Shown piece by piece: positions 24,305 to 36,893 of a DNA stretch of 64,000 bases. Made by a program: the position numbers and the translations under genes. Source of the DNA: Epithemia pelagica (taxonomy: Eukaryota > Protista > Bacillariophyta); contig OX337229.1 in NCBI GenBank assembly GCA_946965045.2, positions 4,340,001 to 4,404,000 on the forward strand. The letters run 5' to 3'. Numbering within the stretch: the first letter of the stretch is position 1; each line of letters starts with the position of its first letter. The notes under the pieces are model-generated. The model was not told the DNA's origin. It saw nothing but the letters and a program-made list of their open reading frames with translations, and made no database searches.

Positions 24305-27300
24305 ATGGAGCCCGCTCCTCAAGGACAGGCCTACCGAAACGAACAAGATGAACCAGAGGGGGAGCGTGCTCCAGACCCTCCTCCCATTCAAAGCACTTCG
24401 TTGAATCAAATCTACAAAATTGCTTTTCCTAGTAAACAGGACACCAGCCACAGCAGCTATAGTGAGGGCAACGACGATGATAGCAACAACAATCATGAAG
24501 TAATCCACGAATTCCCTCCCGTTGTACATGTTCAGGATGCCACCAACAATCCTTTGAAACCGAACAAGTCGAAAAAAAAGACAAGAAGAAGAAAAAGAAG
24601 CATCGGCAAAAGGAATCCAAAAAGCGCAAATCCTCCAAGAGCCATCGACGACGACAAGACAAACAAGACGAGAGCGATGGATTGTTTTTGCGCCCCATGC
24701 AAGACAGTCCGCAACTTGACCAAAACAAGCAAATGGACGAATCATTTTCGACCCACCTGGATCCTCCATCAATTGGATCAGTCGATGATTCAGATGATGA
24801 TTCGGAGGAAGAAGACTCTAGCCACTCGGCGCATAATACCACAGTGGGAATGCCTGATCAGAAGTCCAAGCACCACCAAGGAACTGAGGATGACGTATCG
24901 TCCTCGGAGCAATCGTCTTCGGTCGGCATTTTTGAAGATGATGACGATGATGGATCGCTCCGACCCATGAAGGAAAAGAAGTCGAGACTTTCTGTGCTTT
25001 CCTCCCACACACAAATGTTCTTGTTTGCGAAGCGCGACAGCAAGACGGTTGCAACGGAAACAACGGACTCCGCCTCGAGCGATAAACCCGCTAAAACGGC
25101 GTTGGCCTCGTATTTTCAGAAAACGACCGCTTCCACAAACGCCTCAAGACGTCGCCTTTCCTTCGCGGCAGCGGAGCACGATTTTCGATTGCCCAAAGAT
25201 ACGTACAGTCTATTGGCGTTTTCGTCTCATCCGGTTAGCTTGACCATATCCGTCCTGGTCGCACTCTTCCAATATTTTGTACTGGTCCTCTTGTTGGTGG
25301 ATATAATTGATATTCATAGCACGACAGACAGTGACGACCCTGATGACTATCATCCCAATAATCCAGTGGGTATCCCTGCCGGAGTGACTACACCAGTGGC
25401 CATTGCACAATGTCTAGCCATGTTGTTGATCTTTGTCGGTGTCCGTGCGTTGGTATGGGCCATCAATGTGTACATTCAAGGATATTCCGAAATCACCATT
25501 CAACGCATTTTGAGACAAGGAGTTGGCCGTGGCCTAAACAACGAGCGCCAACGCACTTCCGGTCAACTTGCTGGAAATGATAGCGTCCTCGACAATGAAC
25601 TACTGGACGAGACGGATCATGTCACGATGACACGTCATGAGGATGATGACGAGGACGAAGCTGACCTGGAAGAAATGGCAGGTCTTACCGGAAATGACCA
25701 ACAATCATTGTTGAAACGGGCCAAGCAGTACAATGACAACAACAATGACCAAGAGGACATGGATCCTGAGGATCAGGGTCGTATCAACGAGTCTATGATC
25801 CCGTTTTTGAAGTTGCGGTGGTATTTCGCCAATGGATTACGATTATTGGAAGGTTGTCTTTCATACGTTGGGCTGTTTCTGCTCATTGTACGATCGGAAA
25901 CGGTTCTTTCCGTCTTGCTGGCTTTTGTCACGATTTACGAAATTTCATCTCTGGACCAAATTGTGTTTTGGTTGGCCAAGTGGGGTTACTTTGGGTTGGC
26001 CGCAAAAGATGATGCCAACCACGACATTTGCAATTCTGCGCACTTTTCCTTTCTTCCCGCATGGTCTGGTCGTCGCGTTGGCTCTCGCAACCATCAACAC
26101 ACCAACAAATGGACGAATACCAACTTTGTCCGAAGTATTGTTTTAAGTCTAGTGTTGGTCCTGATCGCCTTGATTAGTTGGTCTGTGGTCTTCGCCAAAC
26201 AAAAACGCGGTGAATATATTGCGGACGAAATTTATGTTCAAATGGGCGATGTAACCAACTTGAGTTTGGGAACGTACAGTGGCATTTATGTCCGATCCAA
26301 TCGTCGCAACAGGGATACCCGTCGCTTTCGATACACCTCCCGTGACGGTCATCGCCGTGGTGAATTCACGTACTGCTCCTCAATTCATGCATGGATCTTT
26401 CGGGATCGCGATCATTTCAAAGAAGGCAATGACTGTGGATGGTGGATCAAAAGTGAAGAAACACAGTCGTTTGACTTACTCAACTCGGAAGACGACGAGA
26501 GCTTTCACTGGTTTACAAAAAGTGAATTTAACATCAATACTCCGATTGAATGGATGCATCTTTCTGCGTACAACTCCAGATTCAAAAAGAATGGAAAATG
26601 TCCTATGGATGGCTCCTATGGACTGAATTGCGAGTTTCAAAGTCCTTGCCCAAGATTGTCTGAGGACATGACAGCGGATCCATTTGGACATGGGGCACGA
26701 GGGATGCCCAAAGAATTTAACATTATGGAAAACGCGGAAATATATCATCGTCCAGTGTACTATGGCCAAGCGCAAAGTGATTCGTCCCTTTATGTCATGC
26801 TCTTTTTGGGTCGACGATGGGTCATTGCTTCCACCAAAGAGTGGGGTAGTACTGATATTACAAGTCCCGATCAACTCGAGGACATCGCTATATCCAACGA
26901 ACTTCACGTTGGACTGTTGACCAACCAAACAGGAGCCATCCAGTATATCAGTGACCCGGTTGATGTAATAGCTCCAAACAACCAAGCTTCTCCAGTTGGC
27001 TTGCGATGGTACCGGTCAATACCTCCCACGGGACAACAATTCGCGGATGGTATGCCTCTAAATGCAGACTTGTCGTCCGATACGAATACTCGTCTTGTTT
27101 GCGCATCTTGCTCTGCCAGCGACGATGGAGGCTGCATGTTCAATGGGATTTGTCAAGATGATTCCTGTGTTTGCGAACAAGGAAGTCAAGGGAGTTTGTG
27201 TGAGGTGCCACCAACCAGAAATGGGTTTTGTAACTCGAACTTCAACAATCCGTCCTTTGACTTTGATGGAGGGTAAGTCAATACATTGTCGAGTCCAAAT

Positions 27301-29333
27301 AGTCGTGTTATCCATTCTCTCACATGTCGTCGTTTTGTTTTCTCAGAGATTGCTGCATGTCATCCTGCAACGACCAGGGTACGGACAATCTTTGTGGAAT
27401 GGACAGTAGTTTGGTTCTAGATATCCGAAATGTCGCATGTAGCCCCGAGACGGAACTGGCGGCATGGAACATGGGACCGGGAGGGGTTTTGAGACCGTTC
27501 TTGCCGTCGACAGTCCAATTCGGGTTTTCGATTGCCGCCACAAGGCGTGGTTCGTTGGCCGCCGTTGTGGGAATGGACGACACGGGTGGTTTTGTTTCTT
27601 TGTACCGAAGCTCCGGTACTCAATGGACTTTGGAAGGTACCACTGCCATGCGCCCGGATCCCGTCGATCCCTCCATCTCTCAGTACGGCTTTGACATCCA
27701 AATGGCTGATGTGGTACCTCATGCGGTCGCCAACCAAGAGACTCGCACTCCCGTGCATGTTGCCGTAGTAGCGCAAACTTCCACATTTGCAACTCCCAGC
27801 AATCCGCAGAGCGAGTCTATTTTCTTGGACATGCTTTACTGCCGCAGTCCACCATTTCCTTGTGTCCGACCCGTCTATGTGTTTGATGTGATGTTCTATA
27901 ATACAGTCCAGTTCCTTCCGGGTGCTCGTGAGGACTATATACCCTTTGCGGATACAAGCGACGTTGCGGAGGTTTCATCATTCACAACTATGCAAGATCC
28001 CTTGTCCTTTTCCTTGTCAGAGGATGGTCGATACTTGGCCTTGGGAATACGTTCCTTTTTCACCATTCAGGAATGGCAACATCCGCTAGCAGAGAATGGG
28101 ATGCGGGGTGCATGGATTCAATCTTTTGGTACAAAATATCTGGGTCTAAATGAGAACGGTAGGGGTGCATCCATTCTCTATATGGACATTTCGGATGGAC
28201 TTGGTAACAACACAAACGACGAAGTTGTGTTGGCCGTCGGAATGATTTGGTCCGATCCTGAAAATGCCGAGGAATCTCTGTCTCCCATTGCTGTGCCATT
28301 GATGGCTCCTGAAAACAATGTCGAAGGCCCTTTGCATGTCCAAGTTTATCGTTGGTCGAAAGGTTCAGAACCGGAACCGTTGGGTGAATCCCTCGAAAGC
28401 GTGGGACATTTGATTCGTCTCCCGGATGGAACAGGTCCGCCCTTTCCTCGACGTTCTGTCCAACTTTCCGAGGATGGGCAAGTCTTGTTGATTTCGTCTT
28501 ACTTTAAGACAAATCAAGACAATGACCAGGAGGACAATGGCACTGAAGGTATTTTTTCCAATGCCGTTCCAATGGTGAAGGTCTATGAGCTCGGTCTGGA
28601 CGACAATGATGACAGTTCATGGGAGCTTCGCCAAAGTTTTGAACTGCAAAATACTCCATCTCTCTTTCGAGCCTCGTGCTCGCTGTCATGGGACGGTTCT
28701 GTCGTGACCATTGCCGAGACACAGGGCGTCTATATCTATGAATGGGATAGGAATATCAGGTCCTACATTCAACAAGGCGACTTTCGTCAGGATTCATTTG
28801 CTCCTAGTGTTGTGGTTTGGGGTGATGCATCCACAGTGTTGGTGTCTTCTCCGTACTCCAGCGATGCCACATCAGGAATGGTTGAGGTTTACCGTGACAA
28901 TTATGCCACAGCCTGTCGACGCAACGAGACGCACCCACTCTTGATGCATCTTTCTATTCAATCCGAGGTGTCCAGAGCATTTCAATGGAGCGTGGTTCAG
29001 AAATCCACCAATGAAATTATACGAGAGGGTCCCTCCAGCCGTATTTCCGCGCAATTTCCAGTCGGCTACCAGGCGGACCTTGAAATGGAAACACTCCCGT
29101 ACTTGCCCAGCTTTGTCTTTCAGGAATGCTTTGCTGAAACAGTGTGCTCCAGTATGAGCGTCCGATCCACAAACGATGGTTCGGCATCTTCTTTTGTACC
29201 AAGTCTCTTGGTCAAGGGCAATCCCCAGTTTGTGGCCTTTTTCAATGGACGAAACCTAACACAAGATGTGCAATTCAACGCAGCATTGCCTGATCCCGAT
29301 ACAGTTGACTGTGAACTAATTATCGGCTTATAA
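24305..29333 (+). CDS. Paralog 2 of multi-TM/EGF/LNR/beta-propeller-like membrane protein; exons 24305-27272 and 27347-29333, one frameshift in A8 at 24572-24579
   Basis: LPKDTYSLL, ~5 hydrophobic segments, CMFNGICQDDSCVCEQGSQGSLCEVP (EGF), NGFCNSNFN...FDFDGG|DCC (LNR-like), repeats such as FGFSIA and SLSWDGSVVTIA. Confidence 0.8.
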
Positions 29334-29806
29334 AGCCTTGCATGGTCAGCTTTGACTCAAACCAACCTTAACAAGGCATGTCTTATGTTTGAGAAAGGTT
29401 TTACTAGGTAGGAAACCATGTGTGCTGCATGGTTGTGTTTCATCGGTTTGTCAAAGATTAAGCCGAGGATTGACTGAAAGAGATCAAGCAAAGAGAGTTG
29501 GCATCTGCTTCAAACATGCGTTATTATTCGAGGAGTATTGAAACGTTGACGACTACGTAACAACAGTCGAGAACCTAATGCGACTAGAGAGCTGAGAATT
29601 GACCGTCGAGAAAACATCGAACCCATCCTTCAAAATACATGATCTGAACAGCGTTGTTGTACTCTTGGTCCGACCGACCAAGACTGTTGTCTTCCGTTGC
29701 CATTGTGAACAGGCTCCTACAAATGTGGGCATAAAAAAGAAAGATAATGGGGTTGGGATTGAGAACTGTTATTCTGGGGGAGGGCTGATCGTATTCCCGC
29801 ATCGTA

Positions 29807-30415
29807 AGGGCTGGGTCGGTAAGCCGATCCATGTTCGGCTAAGTAGGCTCAGTACATTAAGCTACGTAGTACTATTTTCATGACTGTAACAAGTGGGGCG
29901 AATGGTCACAAATCGAAAACTTGCTGCCACGAGAAACAATGCAATCCGGAAACCATCACTCGACAATGGTCGAAGAAATCACCCCCATGGCAATAACTTC
30001 CTCAATAATAGAGCTTGCCTCGACCGCTTTGACAAGAAGATTATTTACTACTAGAGTGACTATGCTTTCAATTCGGTCGAGTCAGCATTGAAAAATGAGT
30101 GAGTTAGGGCGGTCGTTCGATTTCATCACCACAGAAAAATGAGTATACCTTTTGATTCAACGCGACAAATCTTCTGTAGCTGCAGAACACAGTAATACTA
30201 GCAAACTCAAACAACTTACAGTAGTAGGATGTTGATGCGATGCATCGGTAAATGCATGCGGCATCAACGGATCTCGCCGTCATCGTGGAGTGTTTTTGCA
30301 TTTTTTCGGACTTCCCACCATTTCAGGTAATACGTGTACTATGGGATTTTATGTACGCTACGTAGCTTTTGTACTGAACCTACTTAGCCGAACATGGATC
30401 GGCTTACCCAGCCCT
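29807..30415. mobile_element. Non-autonomous DNA transposon (MITE), ~60-bp TIRs, TA target duplication
   Basis: 29807-29869 is the reverse complement of 30358-30415 with few differences. TA flanks both sides (29805-6, 30416-7) and there is no transposase ORF inside. Confidence 0.82.
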
Positions 30416-30665
30416 TACCGCGCCGGTCAAGAAGGGACCGACGGACGAACGATGAAGAGGACATCGATCCCAACGAGATCTCAAGAGTAAGAGTTGGTTG
30501 GGACGGTCATTCCCTATGACCGTCCCAACAAAAGTTCAGCAATCATAAATTGTTGGAAAGAAGAGGAGCACAGTCATCAAGGATCTGATCACCCATTGGA
30601 AAGAAGAGGAGCACAGTCATCAAGGATCTGATCACCCATTGGTTCTGTGAATTCGCTTCTTTCGC
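30416..30665 (+). repeat. Split direct repeat A1 (main part; first 10 bp at 29797-29806, displaced by the MITE)
   Basis: Matches 38787-38993 except for a 43-bp tandem duplication at 30553-30638. Confidence 0.93.
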
Positions 30666-30727
30666 TTCGGTTTTGGTGTTTCTCCCTGTCGACCGTGCCA
30701 TCCACCTCATCCTTGTCATTGTTCGTC

Positions 30728-33088
30728 ATGAAGTTTGAGTGGGGAAGTACTCCGGATTCTTCACCCTCTGTGGGGTCGTCAGGTGAGTCTGTTGTGACGG
30801 GGGGGGGACCCTTTGTTCGGGTTCTCTCTACGGTATTGTTCGTATTGAACAAGCTAGTTTTGAGACGGCGTGTCGGGGCATTATTGGGACTGGGCAGCGT
30901 GTGTGTGTTCGCTCGGACTGTTCAATCGCTTCACATTCGGCCCGCAAGCAAGATTGGGCGTCTCTGGTGGGGGACGAAGCCACATGTATCTTTATTCGGG
31001 GCGGAAGTGGAACATCGAATTCGGACACCGCGGATACCGTGTTCTGTCAACCAATTCTTCCCGGATCTTGTCTCCGTGACGTGGATTGGAGTGAGATGGA
31101 GCTCAGTCTGCGATCCCTCGAGAGTTGGCAGGCCACATTTGCCTCTCTGCGTCAGGTTGCATCCGAGGAAGGCGAGAGTGTCGATCCCACTATTGCAGCG
31201 AAGGTTATAGCCAACACGAAGGGTGAAGTCAGGTTTGCTGCTATGACGCCTAAGCCCAGTAAGCGTGTAAAGGTGGAAACCGTTTCTAGTAATGATAGTG
31301 ATGACGAAGACAAAATGGAGGTTCTGGAAGGTGTACAACTTCGAACTCCAGCTGGGCGTTCTTCGATCCCGTGGAAGGAGGTTCCTTTGGATATTGGTTC
31401 GCAGCAAGCTACTCCTTCGGTCAAGGTGCTCCAAGGAGGAGCGTGGAGTAATCTGGTGGAGAACGTGAATCATCTTAAGGCCGACTGTCAGCGGGTTTCC
31501 CACAAGCGGAAGGTAGTTGAAGAATTGCAGGAGGAGGCCATCGAACAGTTGAATGTGAAGATGTCGGTGTTGCATGCCTTATTAGGCGTTCGTCCTGAAG
31601 AATTTGGAACAGGTTCGGCGTTCTCGGTCCTCAAGCATTGTACGGAAACCTTGCAAACGGTTCAAGATTTGTTGGATCAACAGCAGAGCAAACAGAAGAC
31701 TGATCCAGGCCTCGTAGCCAAGTTTGAAGCACTGGAACAGAAGTTGGATGCCGTGAAGGGTTCCGCTAGGATGATCGTGCAAGTTGAGCTGGACAAGTTT
31801 TTTGAAGAAAAGAGCGACTTTCGTCAGCAGTTTGTGAACCCCACCTTGTCATTGTTGTCGCGTTTGTCAAGTTCGAATGCGGATCCCGGAGGGAAGTGGG
31901 CACAGATGTTAGCGAGTCTTCAATCTCGAGTGGAAGCGATGGAACGAGGAAATGCGGCGGCAGCACCCACGACAGCTGGTGGATTGTCGTCTGGCGGTGT
32001 TGGAAGTTTTGGTTGGATGTCGGGTGGAGGTACAGTTGGGGCTGCTGTGAGTGCTCCAACAGGGTCCACGGCAATGTCTCCACCTAGTTTGAGCGGCTCG
32101 GCGTTGGCAGACGCGTTGGCTGAATTGCGGCGGATGAAAGAAGAGATGCAGGAGTTGAAGATGGGGATGAGTGATCTGCAAGAGCAGGTGGACAATGAAG
32201 CGATTACTGTGGGCTCCATTGTCTTCCCGTCTCGTACCTTTTGTGTGTCTTGGCTCGCGCTGCATCATGCTGAGAGTGATCCTCATGTTTTTGTGGATGC
32301 TGTATCGTTGCTGTCTTTAGCAACTTCGGACATGAGTTTGGACGAAGAACGTGCTGCAAACAAGCGCGCAACGACGGCAAAAGTGAGAGACAAGACGCCT
32401 TATCACACCGCCTACATCGCGTCATTCAACTTAGACGTACCTCCTCTATTGGGTAAGGGAACTGACCAGAGTCAAACCACCAACTCTCGAGCTCTGGGTG
32501 GAGTTCCGAAATTCGAAGATTTTCATCCTCCGTCCCGGTCGTGAGGGCATCCATCAACGGATTCTTGATCACGTCAGAGATGGAAGGCAAACTCTTGAAC
32601 AAGCAATCGGTGAATTGTTTGCGTTTGGAACTGCACCATTGAGCGTGGCCAAGGAGATGCTTCATTTAAGCAAAGCGTTTTGGGATGATCTCTGTCATTG
32701 GATGGTTCGGTACCATCGTCAGGTCCAGGCGGAAAGTGAGGCCAGCGAACAAGAGGTCTGGATCCTCATTTTGCATTGCGTTCGGGCGGTATTCAAAAGC
32801 CTCAGGGAGGCACGAGCACCGGGCCGAGCGTCAAATACTCCGGCGGGCATGTTGTGGGGCACGCTGAAGGCGCACGACGTGATGAAGGAATACAGGGCGG
32901 CTGAGTTCAGCGGTCACCCCAAAATCGCGCTCATCTTGCATGAGCATTTGATTTGTTTTGCGACAACTAGATCGAAGTTTGATACTCTCAAATCCTCGTT
33001 GGAGGAACGTCTTGAGAAATTACAACGCTCCGTCAACGCCGCGGTCTCGGCCACGAATAAGGCGGCGAGTAAGAAGGAAAAGGCTTGA
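30728..33088 (+). pseudogene. ORF1 (Gag-like) of the YR retrotransposon, two frameshifts
   Basis: MKFEWG start. A shift at the G9 run (30799-30807) enters CRGIIGTGQRVCVRSDCSIASH (Cys/His knuckle-like), followed by long coiled-coil-like stretches. A second shift near 32533 enters GREGIHQRI...KKEKA*. Confidence 0.78.
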
Positions 33089-33094
33089 GAGTTG

Positions 33095-36000
33095 ATGCAA
33101 GCGGAGATTGTGTTTCCGCCTCGGAGCAAGGAGAGGAAACGGGAGCGAGAAGGAAGCGAGGCGAAGGGTAGAAACAAGCGAGAGGTAGCGAGGAGTCCGA
33201 TGCTGAAACGTAAAGTAGATACGGTCAACACAAGAGATGAGTCGCAAACCGGCGTCGCGGAAAAGAAGATTGGTCGTTGGAGTGTAGGAAAGGGAAATTG
33301 GAGAATAGGTATAGCGAGTGTTGGAACCCCCTTTTGGTTTTGGGCGGTACCTTCGCTGGGCACGGTAGAGTGGATTGATGTGTTGGATATGGAGGATGTT
33401 GGCGACGAAACAGGCGCTTCGGAATGGCGAGAGCTGGCGATACCATTGGAGTCAAGATTAACAAAGAATCGTGGCGCGAAGAAACAGCGAATACAATTTC
33501 AAGAATCGCAAGAATGGTCGCGGCGTTCGCCTGTCGATGTCGTCTTTTTTTAGGGTGGATTATCCCCGGGTCCAAATCATCCGGTTTGGAACATGGAAAC
33601 GGTCCAAGTGGTGTTGTGGATTGGAAGTCGGAAGTGGGCCGGTCCTCCAAGGGAGGACACGTCTCGGAACGCAACCACGGCCTCGCAAGGGATGAGCCTA
33701 AGTGCGCACCGAGGTTCGTTGATTGTTGGGCCGATTTTCTCGAGGATGGCCTCAAGAAAACTACCATGAGGGGGGTGATTGATCCAACGGTACACGGAAG
33801 AGAATGTAAATCATCGCTGGATTGTGTTCGTGGTGCACGCCCGTCGTCGTCGATTTTGAACAGGAAACTGAACTGTAAGAGGGACAGACTCTCGGACCAT
33901 GAGTTGCCAAGTGTATTTGCGTCAACGGGCCTTGTGAAACGACGGCTCAGTTCACAGGAGCTGGCTATTGCGATGGATTTCCCGGCGGGTCTCCACAAAC
34001 GAGGATCTGAATCGGAATTGGCACGTTGGTTGGAGGCCATCTCGGTTCCGTTCAAGGTTAGAGTGCAGGTTGTAAGATCGCTGCAAGAATGGACACGAGA
34101 AACGAAGGAAAGGAGTATCGGAAATGTAGAAGGGAAGAAAAGTAAGAGCGACCTGGACTCAAAGAGTCTGCTTTCGGCTGGAGACGAGTGTCCCGATGAA
34201 TCACGAATGACGGAAGAGGATATACCTTTATATGCGATTCCCGATAGTGAAGAAGGAGGGGGCTCTCTCAATACAGAAGAAAGGCGTGAGGACAGGAACC
34301 TCAAGGCAACGAAATCAGACGATGCCAAAATCCCAACGTACCTGTGGGACGACCGCATTCGTCAAAAATTGGGTATACAAGATGAAGGGAAACGCCGAGA
34401 TGTGATCAACGCGTTGAATGCGATACGGAAAGTTGCGTTAAGGTATTGGAAGCGACGAGTCTGCTCGGATTTCTGGTCGTGGTGGAAGGGACAAGTCTTT
34501 GCCGACGACGAGGAGGATGTGCGAGATCGAACCATTCGAGCAGGACTCAGCGCGTTGGATCATGCATCAAGAGCATCCTGGTGGGATTGGGACGCGGGGT
34601 CGTCCCCTTTCTTCTGGAGGATGCCGGATTTGGGTTGGATGACCGAGATGAGAGATGGAGTGGCCCCAATGTGGATTGGACCGCCACCTGCGTATAGACG
34701 TCGTCAACAAGCGAATCCAAATGAGGAGAGCAAGGCATTGGAGAAGAAGAAATTGACAAAGGTTAGGAAGCGAAGGTATATTGCTCCAACACCGGGCATC
34801 AAATCTCTGACGAGCTTTTTCTCTGTGCCGAAAGGCGAGGATGATATCCGAATGGTTTATGATGGAACGAAAAGCGGCTTGAATGCCGCTCTGTTCGCTC
34901 CGTGGTTCGGGTTAGGAAATGTAAATGCGATGCTTCGGTCTATGGAAGGGAAAACGCGGTCGGCGGACAACGACTTTGGTGAGATGTTTTTGAACTTTTG
35001 GGTTCATCCTGAACTCAGATGTTACACAGGCATCGATATCACTGACCTTTTCCCGGAGGAATTGCAAGACAAATTCGGACGAACAAGAATATGGGAGGCG
35101 TGGACGAGATGTGCGATGGGCCTCACAACCTCGCCTTACCAGACAACCCAGTGCGCTCAACGCGTCAAGCGAATAATATTTGGTGATAAGAATGATCCTG
35201 ATAACATATTTGGGTGGGTGGATGTCAGATTGAACTTACCTGGTGACGCACACTATGATCCGTCCCTACCTTGGATAAGCAAGTTGCGAGCGAATGGTCC
35301 GTCCCTACCTTGGATAAGCAAGTTGCGAGCGAATGGTGACATTGCAGCTGATGTACACCCGTACGTCGATGATCTGCGTGAGACGGCTCCTTCAGAAGAG
35401 GAGGCATGGCTTGCGGCTAGTCGGATGGCAAAGGGAGCTTCATTCTTTGGGCTGCAGGATGCGGCCAGGAAAAGGAGAGAACCAAGCAAGTCGCCGGGAG
35501 CCTGGGCTGGTGCAATTGTGGAAACGGAGAAGGATGGCCGTGTCTACAAGACTGTGGCGCAAGATCGCTGGAACAAAACAAAAGCACATGTAAAGAAGTT
35601 GAGCGAATGGGCAAAATCGCCGGACCGAATCAACCGAAAGGAACTCGAACGCATACGAGGCTTCCTTGTTTACGTCTCACTTACATGCGACATTATGGTC
35701 CCCTATCTCAAGGGGATCCATTTGACGTTAGAGTCGTGGAGACAGGATCGGGATGAGGAGGGCTGGAGATTGCCTGAAAAGGATCGCAGAAAGCGAGTTC
35801 GTGAATGGAGGGAGAAAGCGAGTGAGATTCCGCCAGAGTATTTAGCCAAAGTCCCGAGGTACGATGGCGATGTCGCGGCCCTAAGTGAACTTACCAAGGA
35901 TGAAACACCGCCAAAGATTCTGGCGAGGCCTCTCAAAGGATCCAAGGTCGCTATCTTGTTCGGAGATGCCTCGGGCGAAGGATTTGGGTCGTCGCTCTGG

Positions 36001-36893
36001 ATTTATAGGACATCAACCATAGAAACAGAACATGGGCTGTGGACAAGAGCATACGGATCCCGATCGTCCAATTTTTGGGAACTCTACAACCTTGTATTGC
36101 GTCTCGAAGCATTGGTGGACGATGGAACGATCGAGTATGGATCCGAGGTCTTCATGTTTACGGACAACTCAACGGCAGAGGCCGCCTTCTTCCGAGGGAC
36201 CTCGACCTCCAAATTGTTGTAAGATCTGGTGTTGAGGACGAAACGGATGGAGATGCGTGGTTGCATTTTTCTCCGAGTCATTTGGGTCGCGGGAACGCGC
36301 ATGATCGAACAAGGTACTGACGGTCTCTCGAGAGGGGACCTTATGACCGGTATCATGGCGGGAAGCGACATGCTGCTGTATGTGCCGCTTAACAAGACGG
36401 TGGAGGAAAGACAAAGTGGTGTGGTAGATTGGATCACAAAGAAGGCCACAACATTGTCCTTTTGGAAAACCCTGAGTGCTCAAGATTGGTTTGATACAGC
36501 GTTTGAAGAAGGAAATTTGTCTGGATCCCGCCCCCAGCGATTGCGGAGGTTGCAGTCGATCAACTTTGCGAAGCGAGACACATACGCACACACACTGCCC
36601 ATGTGTTCATTTGTCCTGCGCTTATGTCGAATTGATGGAGGAAGAAGTTGGGAAAGTTTGCCGACTTTGTGTTTCACATCCCAGTTGGATGTGAATCATG
36701 GGAAAAGTCTCAACACAAACCGTTGATTGTTGCCTTTGTTTGCCCTTTTTTGTGCAGGAAACCTTGGCAGGTCAAGCGAGCACAAGGCTTATTGGACACA
36801 GTGGACGGGGAATTGTCAGAGTTGTGGGCATCCGGTCCAGCCGCTGTCGGGAATCTGCTGCGCAAATTATGGACATACACGGGGCACGAGTAG
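33095..36893 (+). pseudogene. Pol of the YR retrotransposon: putative degenerate C5-MTase domain, RT, RNase H, C-terminal MT-like domain; several disruptions
   Basis: RT: FFSVPKG, RMVYDGT, DFGEMFLNF, MGLTTSPY, YVDD. RNase H: FGDASG, WEL, FTDN, DGLSRG. Stops at 33551, 36220 and 36633; frameshifts near 33650 and 36520. Confidence 0.88.

Noticed and set aside
33225-34358. 377-aa antisense ORF within the YR element
   Set aside because: Ser/Leu-rich shadow of the pol strand with no motifs.
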